DNA from: the human T2T-CHM13v2.0 reference genome, Homo sapiens
Strand: one strand, 5' to 3'
DNA length: 64,000 nucleotides
Assembly: GCF_009914755.1 (NCBI RefSeq)
Contig: NC_060939.1
In this document: one piece after another, positions 42,216 to 62,931 of the stretch
Layout: each line of letters starts with the position of its first letter
Position numbering within the stretch: position 1 is the stretch's first letter
Program-made: the position numbers and the translations under genes
Notes under the pieces: generated by a model
Told to the model about the DNA's origin: nothing
The model's input: the letters and a program-made list of their open reading frames with translations, nothing else
The model's database searches: none

Positions 42216-43335
42216 CTCCGATATTAAGGACTATTCTGGTGCTGCTCCTTTATGAAAATAATAGTAGAGAAAAACAAACTAGTGGGGAAAATTTGCACAA
42301 GAAATCCCAAGTCCAGGAAACAAATTCCCTGGAAAAAATCACCTTCAGTTTTTTCCAAATGCATAATTTCTTAACACTGTTTCTTATGTCAACAAACTAT
42401 TATGTTGACACAGAAGCTTCAATTACTCAGAAATAATTTCCACAAGCTACTTAGAGGAAAAGCACTAAAAATAAGGATAAAATATGAACTCGAATACAAA
42501 GAGCTCTAAAACAACAAACATTCATGCTCCAGAAAAGCAAAAACAGTTCTTCAGAAGACAGGATATCCATGCCACAGGAAAGCTGGTGATTTAGGTTAGG
42601 CAATATTTTTCAGAGATGGATCATGGAGTATTCAGTTCACTTTCACACTTACAACAATAAACACAAAGACAGAAGGCACTACTGAAATGAATGAATATTC
42701 CTAATATTTAGTGATACAGATGCCACTGAGAGATCTTTTTGGTCATGACCCTTATGCCCATCATGTTTATCTGGTTATTCTTGATCACTAGTTTTTCAAA
42801 GATGCCGTCGCCTCAGGTGTGAGATTATATTTCTTGGACAAAGAGAAAGAAAGGAAGACTTAAACAAAGCATTACATAATACAAAGGCATTCATGATCAT
42901 GGTTAGAGTATTTAAGTCAGGCTTTCTGACATAAAATTAAGATAGGTAAATGTAAAAACAAACCATTTGTAAAACTTATTTAAATAATTGTTCAATTCTA
43001 CATTAACATTACCTTCATTATATATTCTAACAAAACAGCCTAACCCACATTAATATATTCATGTCCTTATCTAATGCTTCCAACTTTTTTAACCCATACA
43101 TATAATAGCTGAAATATTTTGATTTTTAACTTCTTTTAAAAAAGCTTAATTTGGCCCATAGATGCAAGCAATGCAAAGGCATGCAATAAGCTTGGCCAGC
43201 TCCTTTACAAGAGATTCTGAACACCTGTTTAGAGTATTGCGGATGACAACAGGTATCTTTAAAGCACTCGGTAAATAGTAAATGTGACTAGGCACACTCA
43301 GCTCTAGAGAAGCTGGTCAGATTTAGTCACACCAC

Positions 43336-43431
43336 CTTGGAAAGCGAGTTGGCTAGGAACATGGTGTTTCAGCTGATCATCCCATCCCCATATGCACTCA
43401 GGAATCTTCCACAGCTTCTCCCACCACCTTT
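43336..43431 (-). CDS. CCPG1: Candidate in-frame cassette exon of CCPG1 (96 nt): ERWWEKLWKIPECIWGWDDQLKHHVPSQLAFQ
   Basis: Pyrimidine tract cctctttttttcctgtttattcacaaaag|AA, donor CAAG|gtggtg; phase 1->1, no stop; usage is inferred, not observed. Confidence 0.55.
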
Positions 43432-43794
43432 CTTTTGTGAATAAACAGGAAAAAAAGAGGCATAAAGCTATATTATAAAGACTAAAAAGAAAAAAAAGAA
43501 TTAAAAATACTTAATTATCACTTAACATTGTTATCCGTACAAAATTAAAACGTAATAACCATGCCTTCTTAAAAACACACAATACAAACTTCTCTACACT
43601 ACCAACTTTGCTTTTTGTCAGGGAAGAGAGTTCATAAAGAGGAAGCAGGCAGTGTTCTTAACCCAACAAAACGTACACTGCCACAAGAATATAAGTCAGG
43701 AGAAGAAAAAATTGAAGTTGAAATCCTTAAGGATGAAGAAAGGGAAAGGAAAAAACAAAATTAAGCAATGGCTAGCACAAAATTAACAAACTAA

Positions 43795-44082
<288 letters not shown>

Positions 44083-44740
44083 TAATCTGCCTGCCTCAGT
44101 CTCCCAAAGTGCAGGGATTACAGGCATGAGCCAAAGTGCCCGGCCCCAAAACAAAAACTTTTGGCAACTGGTTTATATGCAGTGTTTTCAGTATAGTCCA
44201 AAATTTCGTCTTTAAACATTTGGTTTATTGAAACAATATCTTTAGGAGGAATAACAATGGGTAAAAATACAGTTAATCAAATATTCCTCTTAGTCCACAA
44301 AAATCTCAAGAAGTCAGAATTCAGAAAGAAGATAAATATTAGAAGAATGGTCTTAGAACTATACAACTTCCTGAAAAAAGTTAATATGTAATTTCTTTCT
44401 TTTTTTGAGATGGTGCTGGGATTACAGGCGTGAGCCACCACGCCCAGCAACAGTATGTAGTTCCTTTTACGTCTATGTCAGTTTCTTATATATCTGACCA
44501 TTCTATAATACTCTGGCTTCAATTTGACTTTTCTGGGCCATGAATATTCTCTAATTAAACCAGAGGCAGGAAAGGAAGCGGGGGTGGGGAAACTACCTGA
44601 ATACAACACAAATCCTGGAGTTTAAAAAAATAATAATAAAATTTGATGACTAACAAGGATTCTAAAATCAATTACAATACCCCTCCATAAATAAAGATAC
44701 TATGAATGCTATTCTAACAAAGCCTGAAGTTTTCCTCTGA

Positions 44741-45183
<443 letters not shown>

Positions 45184-46129
45184 TGACATTTTATTAGCTT
45201 AAACTGGAATGACAGAAATTCTATTGTCTGATTCTGGTTGGCAAATGTAAATATTAAAGAATGGTAAAATCTAAAAAAATTATCTAAAATAGATACTACC
45301 TGTTTCCTGTTTCTTCGTCAAATTAGGAAATTTTTAGAATCACTAGCAGTGTTTCAAGTTGTCTCTGCCATAACTCACGCTTAGTTATAATTGTGGGTTA
45401 ATAACTGATATATCCAGGAACTTTATACCTACATACTTACATCACATTAAAAGATGTTATACATACTGCTAAAACTGAGCTGAAGCATAGCAGAAAGAAA
45501 TCAAGCAACTCACACTTTAATCTCTGAATGAGTCTGTCTGTACAACGGGCATTGATTGCATTAAAAATGTGGCTTACACTAGTGACATTTTCATAACAGA
45601 ATCTAAAACAAAAGATCTGAAGGTCACGAGCTTTGGAAGACTAGCTGTATTGATAGCACCTTGAACTCTGTTTCACATATGGTAGGTACTCAATAAATGT
45701 TTGTTGCATGATTAATAATTGAATATATCCGAAGAGACTTTAATAACAATTTTTTTCACTATTTCTATATTACAAAATGTACACTACTGCAAGCAAAAAT
45801 ATTAACATCCCCAATCTCCCACTCTTAAAGATCTAAAAAGCACCAAAAGAATTTTGGAGCATTTGTGATTTTAACAAATCTCACTGAAGCAATTTTGTCT
45901 TCTATTTAATGGCAAAAGATGGTTACTGTTACAGTAAAAGATTGCTATGCTCCAGAACAGTCTAGCGAAACACTAGGTATTAATAGATTTCACACACAAA
46001 AATAGTCTTGTCTTGAGTTTTACCCAAACATATTCAAAACTAGAGACTAAATTATTAGGGGTAGAAAACAAGCCTTTATATAAAATGTGGTCGTACATGT
46101 CTTTAAGTCTCTTATCAGTGTATTCTTAC

Positions 46130-46331
46130 CAGTTTCTGGCTGACAGAAAGTATACTGGCTGCTAGAGGAAGAGCCCATGTTAAAGTCTTCTGAACTCTGT
46201 GCTTCTTCAACAATGACAACTTCTTGATTTCCAATTTCTTCTAACTTAGGTGGCTCAAGGGTAACAATATCAGAATCATCACTGGCAGTTCCAATATAGA
46301 TACTGTCTTCGGGTATCTTTTGTTCCTCTGC
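46130..46331 (-). CDS. CCPG1: CCPG1 coding exon (202 nt) containing FIR2 ([12 protein letters not shown]): [10 protein letters not shown]...[10 protein letters not shown]
   Basis: ORF 46047..46373; attcttcag|GCA acceptor, ACTG|gtaaga donor. Confidence 0.96.
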
Positions 46332-46739
46332 CTGAAGAATCATAATTTTAGAGATGGTAAGTTCAACAATCATTTAAGGGTCTTACATTTTCTTAGAATA
46401 CAACAGTAGTAAGTATTATAGTCATCTGAGTTAAAATAAAAGATATGATTCCTACTATTAGTAAAGAATTATGCAATAGCAGGCTCATCATATAGCTTGA
46501 GAACACCATCAGATCCCTTGACAACTCTCAGAATTAGGTCAGACCACTGCATTCTCCTAGTGGGCTGCAGAAGCTGAGAAGCCCATCTTTGCCCCCTCAA
46601 TAACCACAGAAAAAAGAGCTCACTTCTCTCACGAGTTCCATGGTTCTATTCGAGCACAACTCTGTAGTGTGGAAGCCCAAAAAAGACTCACTGAACTTTT
46701 TAGGTTATGTACGTAATAAACTTCAACAGCTGTATCTTG

Positions 46740-47110
46740 TACTGAATGTATCTGAAGGTGTCCCCAAAAATTTCTACGCTGGAATGTAATCGCCAATGTG
46801 ATAGTACTAAGAAGTGGGACCTTTAGGAGGTGACTGAGTTATAAGGGATCCTCCCCTAGGAATATGATTAAGGTCTTTATAAAACAGGCTTCATGCAGCA
46901 TCCAGCCTTTTTTTGCCCATCTCCTCTTAAAGATGTAGCAACAAAATGCCATTTGGAAACAAGACAGCATGTCATCAGCAAACACTGAACTTGTCCACAC
47001 TTTGATCTTAAACTTCCCAGCCTCTATAACTGTGAGAAATAAATTTCTGTTTGTTATAAATCACCCAGTATCAGGTATTTTGTCAGATCAGTACAAGCAG
47101 ACTAAAACAC
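46740..47110 (+). mobile_element. ERVL-MaLR LTR (MST/MLT1A-type)
   Basis: gggacctttaggaggtga...aacttcccagcctctataactgtgagaaataaatttctgtt...cagactaaaaca. Confidence 0.7.
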
Positions 47111-47484
47111 CATGTAAAATGATCATCTAGCTATCTAGTTTTATACAGAAGTCAAGTAAAACCCCAAAGCATAAGTCTCAGGTTGTTACCAAATTTTAAA
47201 ATGAACCACCATTTTAGACATGAAACCTAACAGTTTAATTTTTCAATATAATTCAAGAATGCAATCTACTTCCAAAAAGAATTATATTAGAGGTGAAAAG
47301 ATAGATCTTTAACACAATACCAATAAAATACTTTGCTTAGATGTCCTCTAAGACATCTAACTTAGAAGTCAAAATTGCTTATAATTCAAAATAGGAATAG
47401 AATGCATAAATAGAATTAGAGGCTTTAAATAGTATTCTAAGGATACTATTTAACATATATCCACAGTGTAAAATACAAGTTTAC

Positions 47485-47561
47485 CTCAATTGTTGAGCTG
47501 GTTTCCTCCAAAGCTGGATAAGCAGTTTCTTCCATAAGCACTGTGCCATTTTGGCTGCTTT
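47485..47561 (-). CDS. CCPG1: CCPG1 coding exon (77 nt): (E)SSQNGTVLMEETAYPALEETSSTIE
   Basis: tttatatcag|AA acceptor, GAG|gtaaac donor; phase 1->0. Confidence 0.93.
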
Positions 47562-47791
47562 CTGATATAAAGCAAAGATCAATATAATTATTTCTTAATT
47601 TAAAACTCTCTGTTGACTTTCTGCAGCCAACATATAATCTGGGTAGATAAAAATCTCTTCCTAATATGTTAGGATAGATTTAATGAAATGTCACATACAA
47701 TTATAGAAGTCACTCCACTGTTGCTAATGAACTTCATTTATTTGAAACTGTCAGGTGATAATTTTGGATAAGAAAATGCAATCATTTAAGA

Positions 47792-50660
<2,869 letters not shown>

Positions 50661-51066
50661 AAAATTTTCTTTAACATATGCAAGTAAATGCATTTCTTGG
50701 AAGAAACTGTCCATAGCTTTCAGATTCTCAAAAGGATCTCTGACACAAAAAAGATGAGAATCACTTTTCAAATGAGAGTAGTAATAATCAACGTGTAGGC
50801 TTAAAAAAATTAACAGCTATAATCTCTTCTATTTCTGGCCTTGACACATCCACTTTTTTCTCCTGAGGGGAAATGTTCTGTATGCATTTTACTGTAATTT
50901 TTTTAAAAAGTTAATGAAGTAATTTAAATATGAACATAAGTGTATGCAGTAATTGTTCAGGAGCCCTATTTCTCTATATAAATAATGTGTGCATCAAATC
51001 CCATGTGAAGTAATACAGATGCAATACAGTAGTCAAATTCCATTTTACCAGATTGGAACCAGAGTA

Positions 51067-54078
<3,012 letters not shown>

Positions 54079-54376
54079 TAACTCCATCAACATGATAATA
54101 ACTGGAAAACAGGTTAGTAAATCTCTTGTGATCAATGAATAATTTTTTTCTTAACTTTAATAATGACAAGTAAATACAAACTACCAAACAAATGACAAGG
54201 AAATAGAAACTACCAAACAAATTCAGATTAAACCATGAAACACTTTTTTTGTCACTGGTTACCTCTGTAGCAACAAAGTGTATCTGAAAACCCAAAAATA
54301 TACTACAGCTGCAAATAAACCCCTGGGGCAGGCTGATGACTCTGGGTTCTGTGGGCCTTCACCAAATCCACACTGA

Positions 54377-54505
<129 letters not shown>

Positions 54506-54548
54506 TGAGTAGCTGGGATTACAGGCACCTGCCAATACACCCGGCTAA

Positions 54549-54695
<147 letters not shown>

Positions 54696-54815
54696 TAATC
54701 CTCCAACGACCCCTTAGATTAGCCAGAAAGGCCACCCACCTGGAAAGAAGGCAAGACTCATAATATCACTCATATATCATATTAAAAAAAAAATTAGAAT
54801 TTGTGAACAACTTAC

Positions 54816-54930
54816 CTCCTTGCTCTATCTGCAATGCTTGAAGCTCCTCTTGCTCTAAAGATGAACATTCTGGGGCGGGCTCACAGCTGTCAGTGGGAGT
54901 CACAGAATTCAACATTTCTATATCTGACCC
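54816..54930 (-). CDS. CCPG1: CCPG1 coding exon (115 nt) with FIR1 core SDIEML: GSDIEMLNSVTPTDSCEPAPECSSLEQEELQALQIEQG
   Basis: ttttccttag|GGG acceptor, GAG|gtaagt donor; phase 0->1. Confidence 0.95.
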
Positions 54931-55890
54931 CTAAGGAAAAGTGATAATCTTTCAGTTATTTGCCTATTAGCTCCTCAAAGCTAGATTTGACTACATGTAA
55001 ATGCTTCTTCCATTATTAAAAGTCTCAGATGCTGCCATACTCCAAAGGAACAGTATCTAATTAGACAAGCTTTTGTTCAATTTAGTCCACAAAGGCCTAT
55101 GGCAGGAAAATGGCACAATGGAGTCTCAGGTTTAAATTCTAAGTCAGGTCAGCCCAAAAGTGGAATGCTCTATTTTATGAGCTCAAGCAATAAATTTGAA
55201 TTCCAGAGAATAAGGGTCTAAATTTGGTTATTTCTATAATAATTTGTTTCTACTTAACATTTATGGAACTACTCTAGACAAGGCACTTCGCTAGATGCTG
55301 TGGGATATAAAAAATTCAAATCTGGCTGGGCACGGTGGCTCACGCCTGTAATCCCAGCACTTTGGGAGGCTGAGGCCGGTGGATCACAAAAAAAGCAAAA
55401 TTCCGTCTCAAAAAAAAAAAAAAAAATGAAATCCAAAATTCAATTTTACAACATATTCAGAGAAACACCCATATGCAAATAACTACTTATTATGGCACTA
55501 TAAACTAAAAATGGCTAAAGCTTTAATGACATGGATTAAATAAACCTATAGGGTTAATGAATACTCTCCTCACACAATTTTAGACTATCTTTTTATTCTG
55601 AGGTTATCTTTCCTACTTTGATGTCAGACTGTCTTTTCATTAATAATAGCGGATCATACAATTTTTCTTTGTGTCTTAATTGTAAAACAAAGTTAACCAC
55701 TAAGGTGATTCCGTCTTTCCCTATGTCCCCACTATAGTCTGCTGACACATGGAATCGAAAGGTCTGCATTCTCTTGCGTATACATAACTCAAGACAGCAA
55801 AAATTAAAAGAATTCATGAAAAAAGTAGGGCCGGGGCAGTGGCTCACGCCTGTAATCCCAGCACCTTGGGAGCCTGAGGCGGGCGGATCA

Positions 55891-56228
<338 letters not shown>

Positions 56229-56761
56229 TTATGTATTAGGAATTGCTGGGGAAACCAATTCTGGCCCAAATAAGAATGGCAGTAATGGGAGAGGAAAAGG
56301 AGACACATGTAAGAGAAATTAGCAAGAAAGAGTAGAACCTGGAAAGCAGATATAGAAGAAGAGAGATAAAAGTACAAATATGATTCAATCTGGGACATAA
56401 CATCCAGTACAGAACACCCTAATGACACACTTGACTGAGTGCCAGACAGAGGTCTGCTGTCATACTCCACCCTGCAGACTAACAGGTAAGACTCCCATAG
56501 CTGCCTTGCTCCTATATTGTTAATTATCCTTGAAGGAGAAGTTGCTATGGGAGTTGATCTAATCCTTTGAAGAAAACAAGCTAAAAATAGAAAAGTCACT
56601 GAAGATTTTAAAAAGAAGAATCATCTCAATCTCAAATGATAGATGCTTTTAAATTTTGAAATTTTAATGCAGAAAAGGCAATCTTGTTTTTTTCTGTTAA
56701 TGTTTTCTAAACATAACTACCTGAACCTTAACTAATAGTTTAAAAAACAAAAATTTTTTAA

Positions 56762-56938
<177 letters not shown>

Positions 56939-58283
56939 TAGTAGAGACCGGGTTTCTTCCATGTTGGTCAGGCTGGTGTCGAACTCCCTACCTCAGTGAT
57001 CTGCCCCGACCTCGGCCTCCCAAAGTGCTGGAATTACAGGCGTGAGCCACCACGCCCGGCCTATAATTTTTATTAAAAAAACAAGTGGCCGGGCACGGTG
57101 GCTCACGCCTGTAATCCCAGTACTTTGGGAGGCCGAGGCAGGCGGATCACCTGGGGTCGGGAGTTCGAGACCAGCCTGACCAACATGGAGAAACCCCGTC
57201 TCTACTAAAAATACAAAATTAGTCGGGCGTGGTGGCACATGCCTGTAATCCCAGCTACTCCAGAGGCTGAGGCAGGAGAATGGCTTGAACCCAGGAGGCG
57301 AAGGTTGCTGTGAGCCGAGATTGCGTCACTGTACAAGACAACAAGAGCGACAGCCTGGACAACAAGAGCAAAACTCCATCTCAAAAAAGAAAAAAAGAAA
57401 ACAAGTGAGGCTTACAATACCCTAAAAACAAATGGGAAAATTATAGATGTCCATTAAAACCTGGAGTAAAACCTGGAGTAAGTATATTTCTGTTTATCAA
57501 TATACTGCCATTTTTCTACAGTGAACATATATTACTGGTATGAAAAAATAAACAAAATGTACAAGTTATGTATACTTGTTGTATGTATATCAATCTTCTA
57601 TTATAAAATTCATTTTGTGATAGGGTTCTGGCCTTTTCCCTGTGAAGTTCTGCTATAACGTAAATGGAACACATGTTCTCCATTCTCCTTTCTGATCTGT
57701 TCAAATCCAGGATCTATTTTCTAGCTGCATAATCTTGACCAAATTACTTAACCTCTCTAAGCTTTAGTTTTCTCAACTATAAAATAAGAATGAAAACAGT
57801 ATGTATCACAGTGAAATATTCAAAATTATTTAAGAACAGGGTATGGTGGCATATGCCTATAGTCCCAGCTACTTGGGAGGATCACTTGAGCCCAAGGAGT
57901 TAAAGGTTACATGGTACTATGATTGCACATGTGAACAGCCACTGCACTCTAGCCTGGGCAACAGAGCAAGATCCTGTCCCTTTAAAAAAAAAAAAGACAA
58001 AATTGGCCAGGCACAGTGGCTCACATCTGTAAGCCCAGCATGTTGGGAAGCCGAGGCAGATGGATCACGAGGTCAGGAGTTTACGATCAGCCTGGCCAAG
58101 ATGGTGAAACTCGTCTCTACTGAAAATACAAAAATTAGCTGGGCATGGTAGCAGGCACCTGTAATTCCAGCTACTCAGGAGGCTGAGGCAGGAGAATCAT
58201 TTCAGTCCAGTGGGGCGGAGGTTGCAGTGAGCTGAGATCACGCCACTGCACTCCAGCCTGGGCAACAGAGTGAGACTCTGTCT

Positions 58284-58316
<33 letters not shown>

Positions 58317-58589
58317 CAAAATTATATGAAAATGAAAGTAAAGCACAGGGCCTGAACAATAACAAACCTTCAATAAATATTTGCCTAATGTCTCAAAGCT
58401 ATGTACAATAATGTAGAAGATGCTGGCTCATGAAGCGTTTTCAGCAGTGAAGTTTAATATGAGAGGGAAAATGTCCATTGGAACTTTTTGCTTAAAGGTA
58501 GAAAAAGACTGATCTTCAAAGAACACAGTTTACATCACTGGTAACATTAATATTACAAATTACCTTATAAAAAGTATTAAATATCATAC

Positions 58590-58649
58590 CTCATGACTGA
58601 TGACAGTCCAACCACAAGATGAATCACTGTCACTGGAATTTTCAGACAT
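58590..58649 (-). CDS. CCPG1: CCPG1 first coding exon (exon 58590-58658): MSENSSDSDSSCGWTVISHE, LIR motif WTVI at 58610-58599
   Basis: tatttgtag|ACCTGAAAG ATG; GAG|gtatga donor; the non-coding first exon lies beyond the window. Confidence 0.96.
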
Positions 58650-59144
58650 CTTTCAGGTCTACAAATACAAAAACATATTGACTCATGAGACACATTTTTT
58701 TTAATTCTATAGGAAGCACTATATGTGACACTAAGTTTGAAAAGTGGTTTACTGTCTTCCAGGTGAAACAGAGACAAGCCACCCATAGATTTACCATACA
58801 GAACATCACAGGACTGCATACCTGTATGAACAGATAGAAGCAAACTTCTAAGATAAGGAGACCCTCCTGGACTAGAACAGTCTCAACAGTTATATTGTTG
58901 GAATGAAGGAGAAAGTTATGTCTAAAAGAAAATGTAGCATTTGGCCAGACAGAGGTGAAGGAAAAGGATAATCGTGAATGGGGAGCAGGCAGCAACAGTA
59001 AAGGACTCTATTTTCAATGAACAGTAAGGTGTGAAAAACATGACTGCAGAAACTGAGAAGCACAGGGAAACTGAAAAGCTCCTATGCCAAGAAAATGAAG
59101 TCTGTATGTTGGCAACATGAAGTAATTTACATTTTCAAACATAG

Positions 59145-59383
<239 letters not shown>

Positions 59384-62127
59384 TGATCCGCCTGCCTCAG
59401 CCTCCCAAAGTGCTGGGATTACAGGCGTGAACCACTGCGCCCGGCAATCAAACTGTTTTTATGAAAATAACTGTGTCAGCAATACTTCAGTTGTGTTAAA
59501 GTTGGGGCAGGGGGGAAGACACCAGAGGTTGGTTACAAACATCTGGTCACTGGCAACAACCTGGACTCAAGCCCTAAGCCAGCATACAATGGTCACTCCA
59601 CCTGGTTTTTTCTTTTTGTATCTGAAACTCCTTTAAACTTCAAAACCCAACTTAGTAAAGCAAATAGTACTCCTACTGATTTATTCTACATGTGTCTTAT
59701 GCTTCTGTTATTGGACATATACTGTGAACACATTAGATCCAAGTTCTAATAGAACTCTACTGAAGACAATATGGAACTAGTGCTCAAATGAGAACAGGGC
59801 AAAAATACAGATCTATATAATCTGTTTTTGGGGGTTTTGTTTTGTTTTTTGGTATTTTTAGTAGAGACGAGGTTTCACTCGTTGCGAATGTTGGCCAGGC
59901 TGGTCTCAAACTCCTAGCCTCAAGTCAGATCTATATAATCTGTTAATTATTCTGAAAACTCCTGTACATTAATATTTCAAAAAGAGAGGATACAAAAAGG
60001 TTGGTCGCTAATAGTATAAAAATTAACATGTTTCAAATGAATTATTCAAAACCTGAAATAAGGTATCAATTGTATGACTTTTAATGTTATGACAAGAGCA
60101 TTTTGTAATAGGCTCACCTGAGGTCATCTAATTGTTTTATTTCTAATTTCAATTAAGGCCCAGGCAGTTTATAACTCTACAAATTTAAAAGTAAACTTAC
60201 AGAAAACTACTACGGTAAAATAAATTTTTTCTGTCCAGTCAGTAGAGGTTATCCAAAAAGCTACAGTTTAAATACCCTGTAGGATATTAACCACGTTTAT
60301 ATCTTAGCAATTTTATTTCAGCATTCTTTATTAAACTGACTATATTTCTTTTCTTTATTTTGAGTGTGACAGGGTCCCGTTCTGTCATACAGGCTTGAGT
60401 GCAATGGCGTAATCATGGCTCACCACAACCCTGACCTCCCAAGCTCAATCGATCCTCCTGCCTCAGCCCCATAAGTAGGTGGGCATGTGCCACTATGCCC
60501 AGCTAATTTTTTGTATTTTTTGTAGAGACAACGTTTGGCCATGTTGGCCAGGCTGGTCTGGAAGGCCTGGCCTCAAGCAATCCGCCCTCCTCAGCTTCCC
60601 AAAGCGCTGGGATTACAGGCGTGAGCCACTGCACCTGGCCTAAACTGACTATATAAATCCCAATTTCTCATTCCACTATTTTTCAGGACTTTCAAAAAAG
60701 TTTATGATATGTATCAATGTCTATTTGTATGAGAATCATGTTTATAATAGCTTGAAAATTATGCAATGACAGAAATACACAAAGACTGAGCAATTAAATT
60801 TGCAGGGGGAAAGGAGAATGATCAAGGAAATCTCTATAAATGAGGCTGCAAATTTGATAGCATTTTTTAAAGTAAATTAACAGTTGTCAAAATTTAAAAA
60901 TTGAGATACTACATTAAAATGAAGATTTCTGGAGCCGGAAGCAGTGGAGAGTGCCTATTAATCCCAGCTACCTGGGAGACTGAGGAAGGAAGATCCCTTG
61001 AGGCCAGGAGTTCAAGGCTGTTAAGAGCCATAATGATCATGCCTGTGAACTGCCATTGCACTCCAGACTGGGTAATACAGTGAAACCTTGACTCTTTAAA
61101 AAAAAAAAAAAAGGGGGGGGCGGGGCTAGGTGTGGTAGCTCACGTCTGTAACCCCAACACGGAGAGGCCAAGACGGAAGGACCGCTCAAGTCCAAGAGTT
61201 CAAGATCAGCCTGGGCAACATTGCAAAAAACAAACAAAACGATTTCTGATTCCTAAAAAAAAAAAAAAAAAATCAAAAGATCTGATGACAAGGAAAGATG
61301 TCCCAGTGAAAAAGGAAAAAGCATCACACAGGAAAAACAAAGGCAGAAAAATGTAAAAGAATATGAAAGTTCTTTAAAAAAATAAAAAATAAAAAAGACA
61401 ATCTAGTACAAATATAGTTTAAAAGATCAGATTTGATTTTTTTTTTTTTTTTTTTTGAGACGGAGTCTCACTCTGTCACCAGGCTGGAGTGCAGTGGCGT
61501 CATCTCGGCTCACCACAACCTCTGACTCCCTGGTTCAAGCGATTCTCCTGCCTCAGCCTCCCGAGTAGCGGGGATTACAGGCACGCGCCACCATGCCCAG
61601 CTAATTTTTGTACTTTTAGTAGAGACGGGGTTTCACCATCTCTACTAAAGGCCAGGAGATTCTCCATCTCCTGACATCATGATCCACCCAACTCAGCCTC
61701 CCAAAGTGCTGGGATTACAAGCATGAAGCCACCGCACCTGGCCATGATTTTTTTTTTAATTTTTGAGACAGGATTTCGCTTTGTCACCCAGGCTGGAGGG
61801 CAGTGACATGAATACAGTTCATTGCAGCCTTGACCTCCCAGGCTCAAGCTACCCTCCCACCTCAGCCTCCTGAGTAGCTGGAACTACAGGTGTGCGCCAC
61901 CATGCCTAATATTTGTATTTTTTGTAAAGACAGGGTTTTGCCATGTTGCCCAGGTTGGTTTCACACTCCTGAGCTCAAGTGATCCACCTTTCTTGGCCTC
62001 TCAAAGTACTAGGATGACAGGCATAAGCGGTTGTATCTGGTCAGATTTGGCCAGGTGCAGTGGCTCACGCCTATAATCCCAGCACTTTGGGAGGCCAAGG
62101 CGGGTAGATCATAAGGGCAGGAGTTCA

Positions 62128-62328
<201 letters not shown>

Positions 62329-62931
62329 TCAAAATAAATAAATTAATTAATTAAATTAAATAGCATATATTAAGATGGCAGGGCCAAGAGTGGCAGCTTG
62401 CACCTGTAACAGCACTTTCGGAGGCTGAGGTGGGAGGATCACTTGAGGCCAGGCGTTCAAGACCAGGCTGGGCAACATAGTGAGACTCCCCATCTCTACC
62501 AAAAAAAATTTTTTAATCAGCAGGACACGGTGGCCCACACCTGTTGTCCTAGCTACTTGGGAAGCCGAGGCAGGAGGATCATTTGAGCTCAGGAGTTCAA
62601 AGTTGCAGTGAGCTATGACTGCATGACTGCACTCCAGCCTGGGTAACAGAGCAAGACCCTGTCTCAAAAAAATGTTTTTTTTCAAGATAGGGAAGCAACT
62701 CAACAACCCTAGACCTGTGGGATGCAAGGAAGCAACATAATATTCCATGAAAAATATGAGCATCTGAACTTAACCAGTGTTGATGAGGGAAAGGGTTTAG
62801 AAGATAGCGGGAAGGGTTTTGAAGAGATCTGAGAAGACATGAAAGGTTATTTTATTATTTTTATCATTATTTGGATGCAAGGTCTCACTCTGTCACTCAG
62901 GCTGGAGTACAGTAGTATGAACACGGCTTGC

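Noticed and set aside
43280-43392. Two-hairpin fold ending in ACAUUU on the minus strand, resembling an H/ACA snoRNA
   Set aside because: The hinge (AAGGUG) is not ANANNA, the ACA is inside the stem, and the first hairpin is better explained as the cassette exon
58577-58995. ORFs overlapping the CCPG1 start as uORFs
   Set aside because: They begin in intron sequence upstream of the 58658 acceptor
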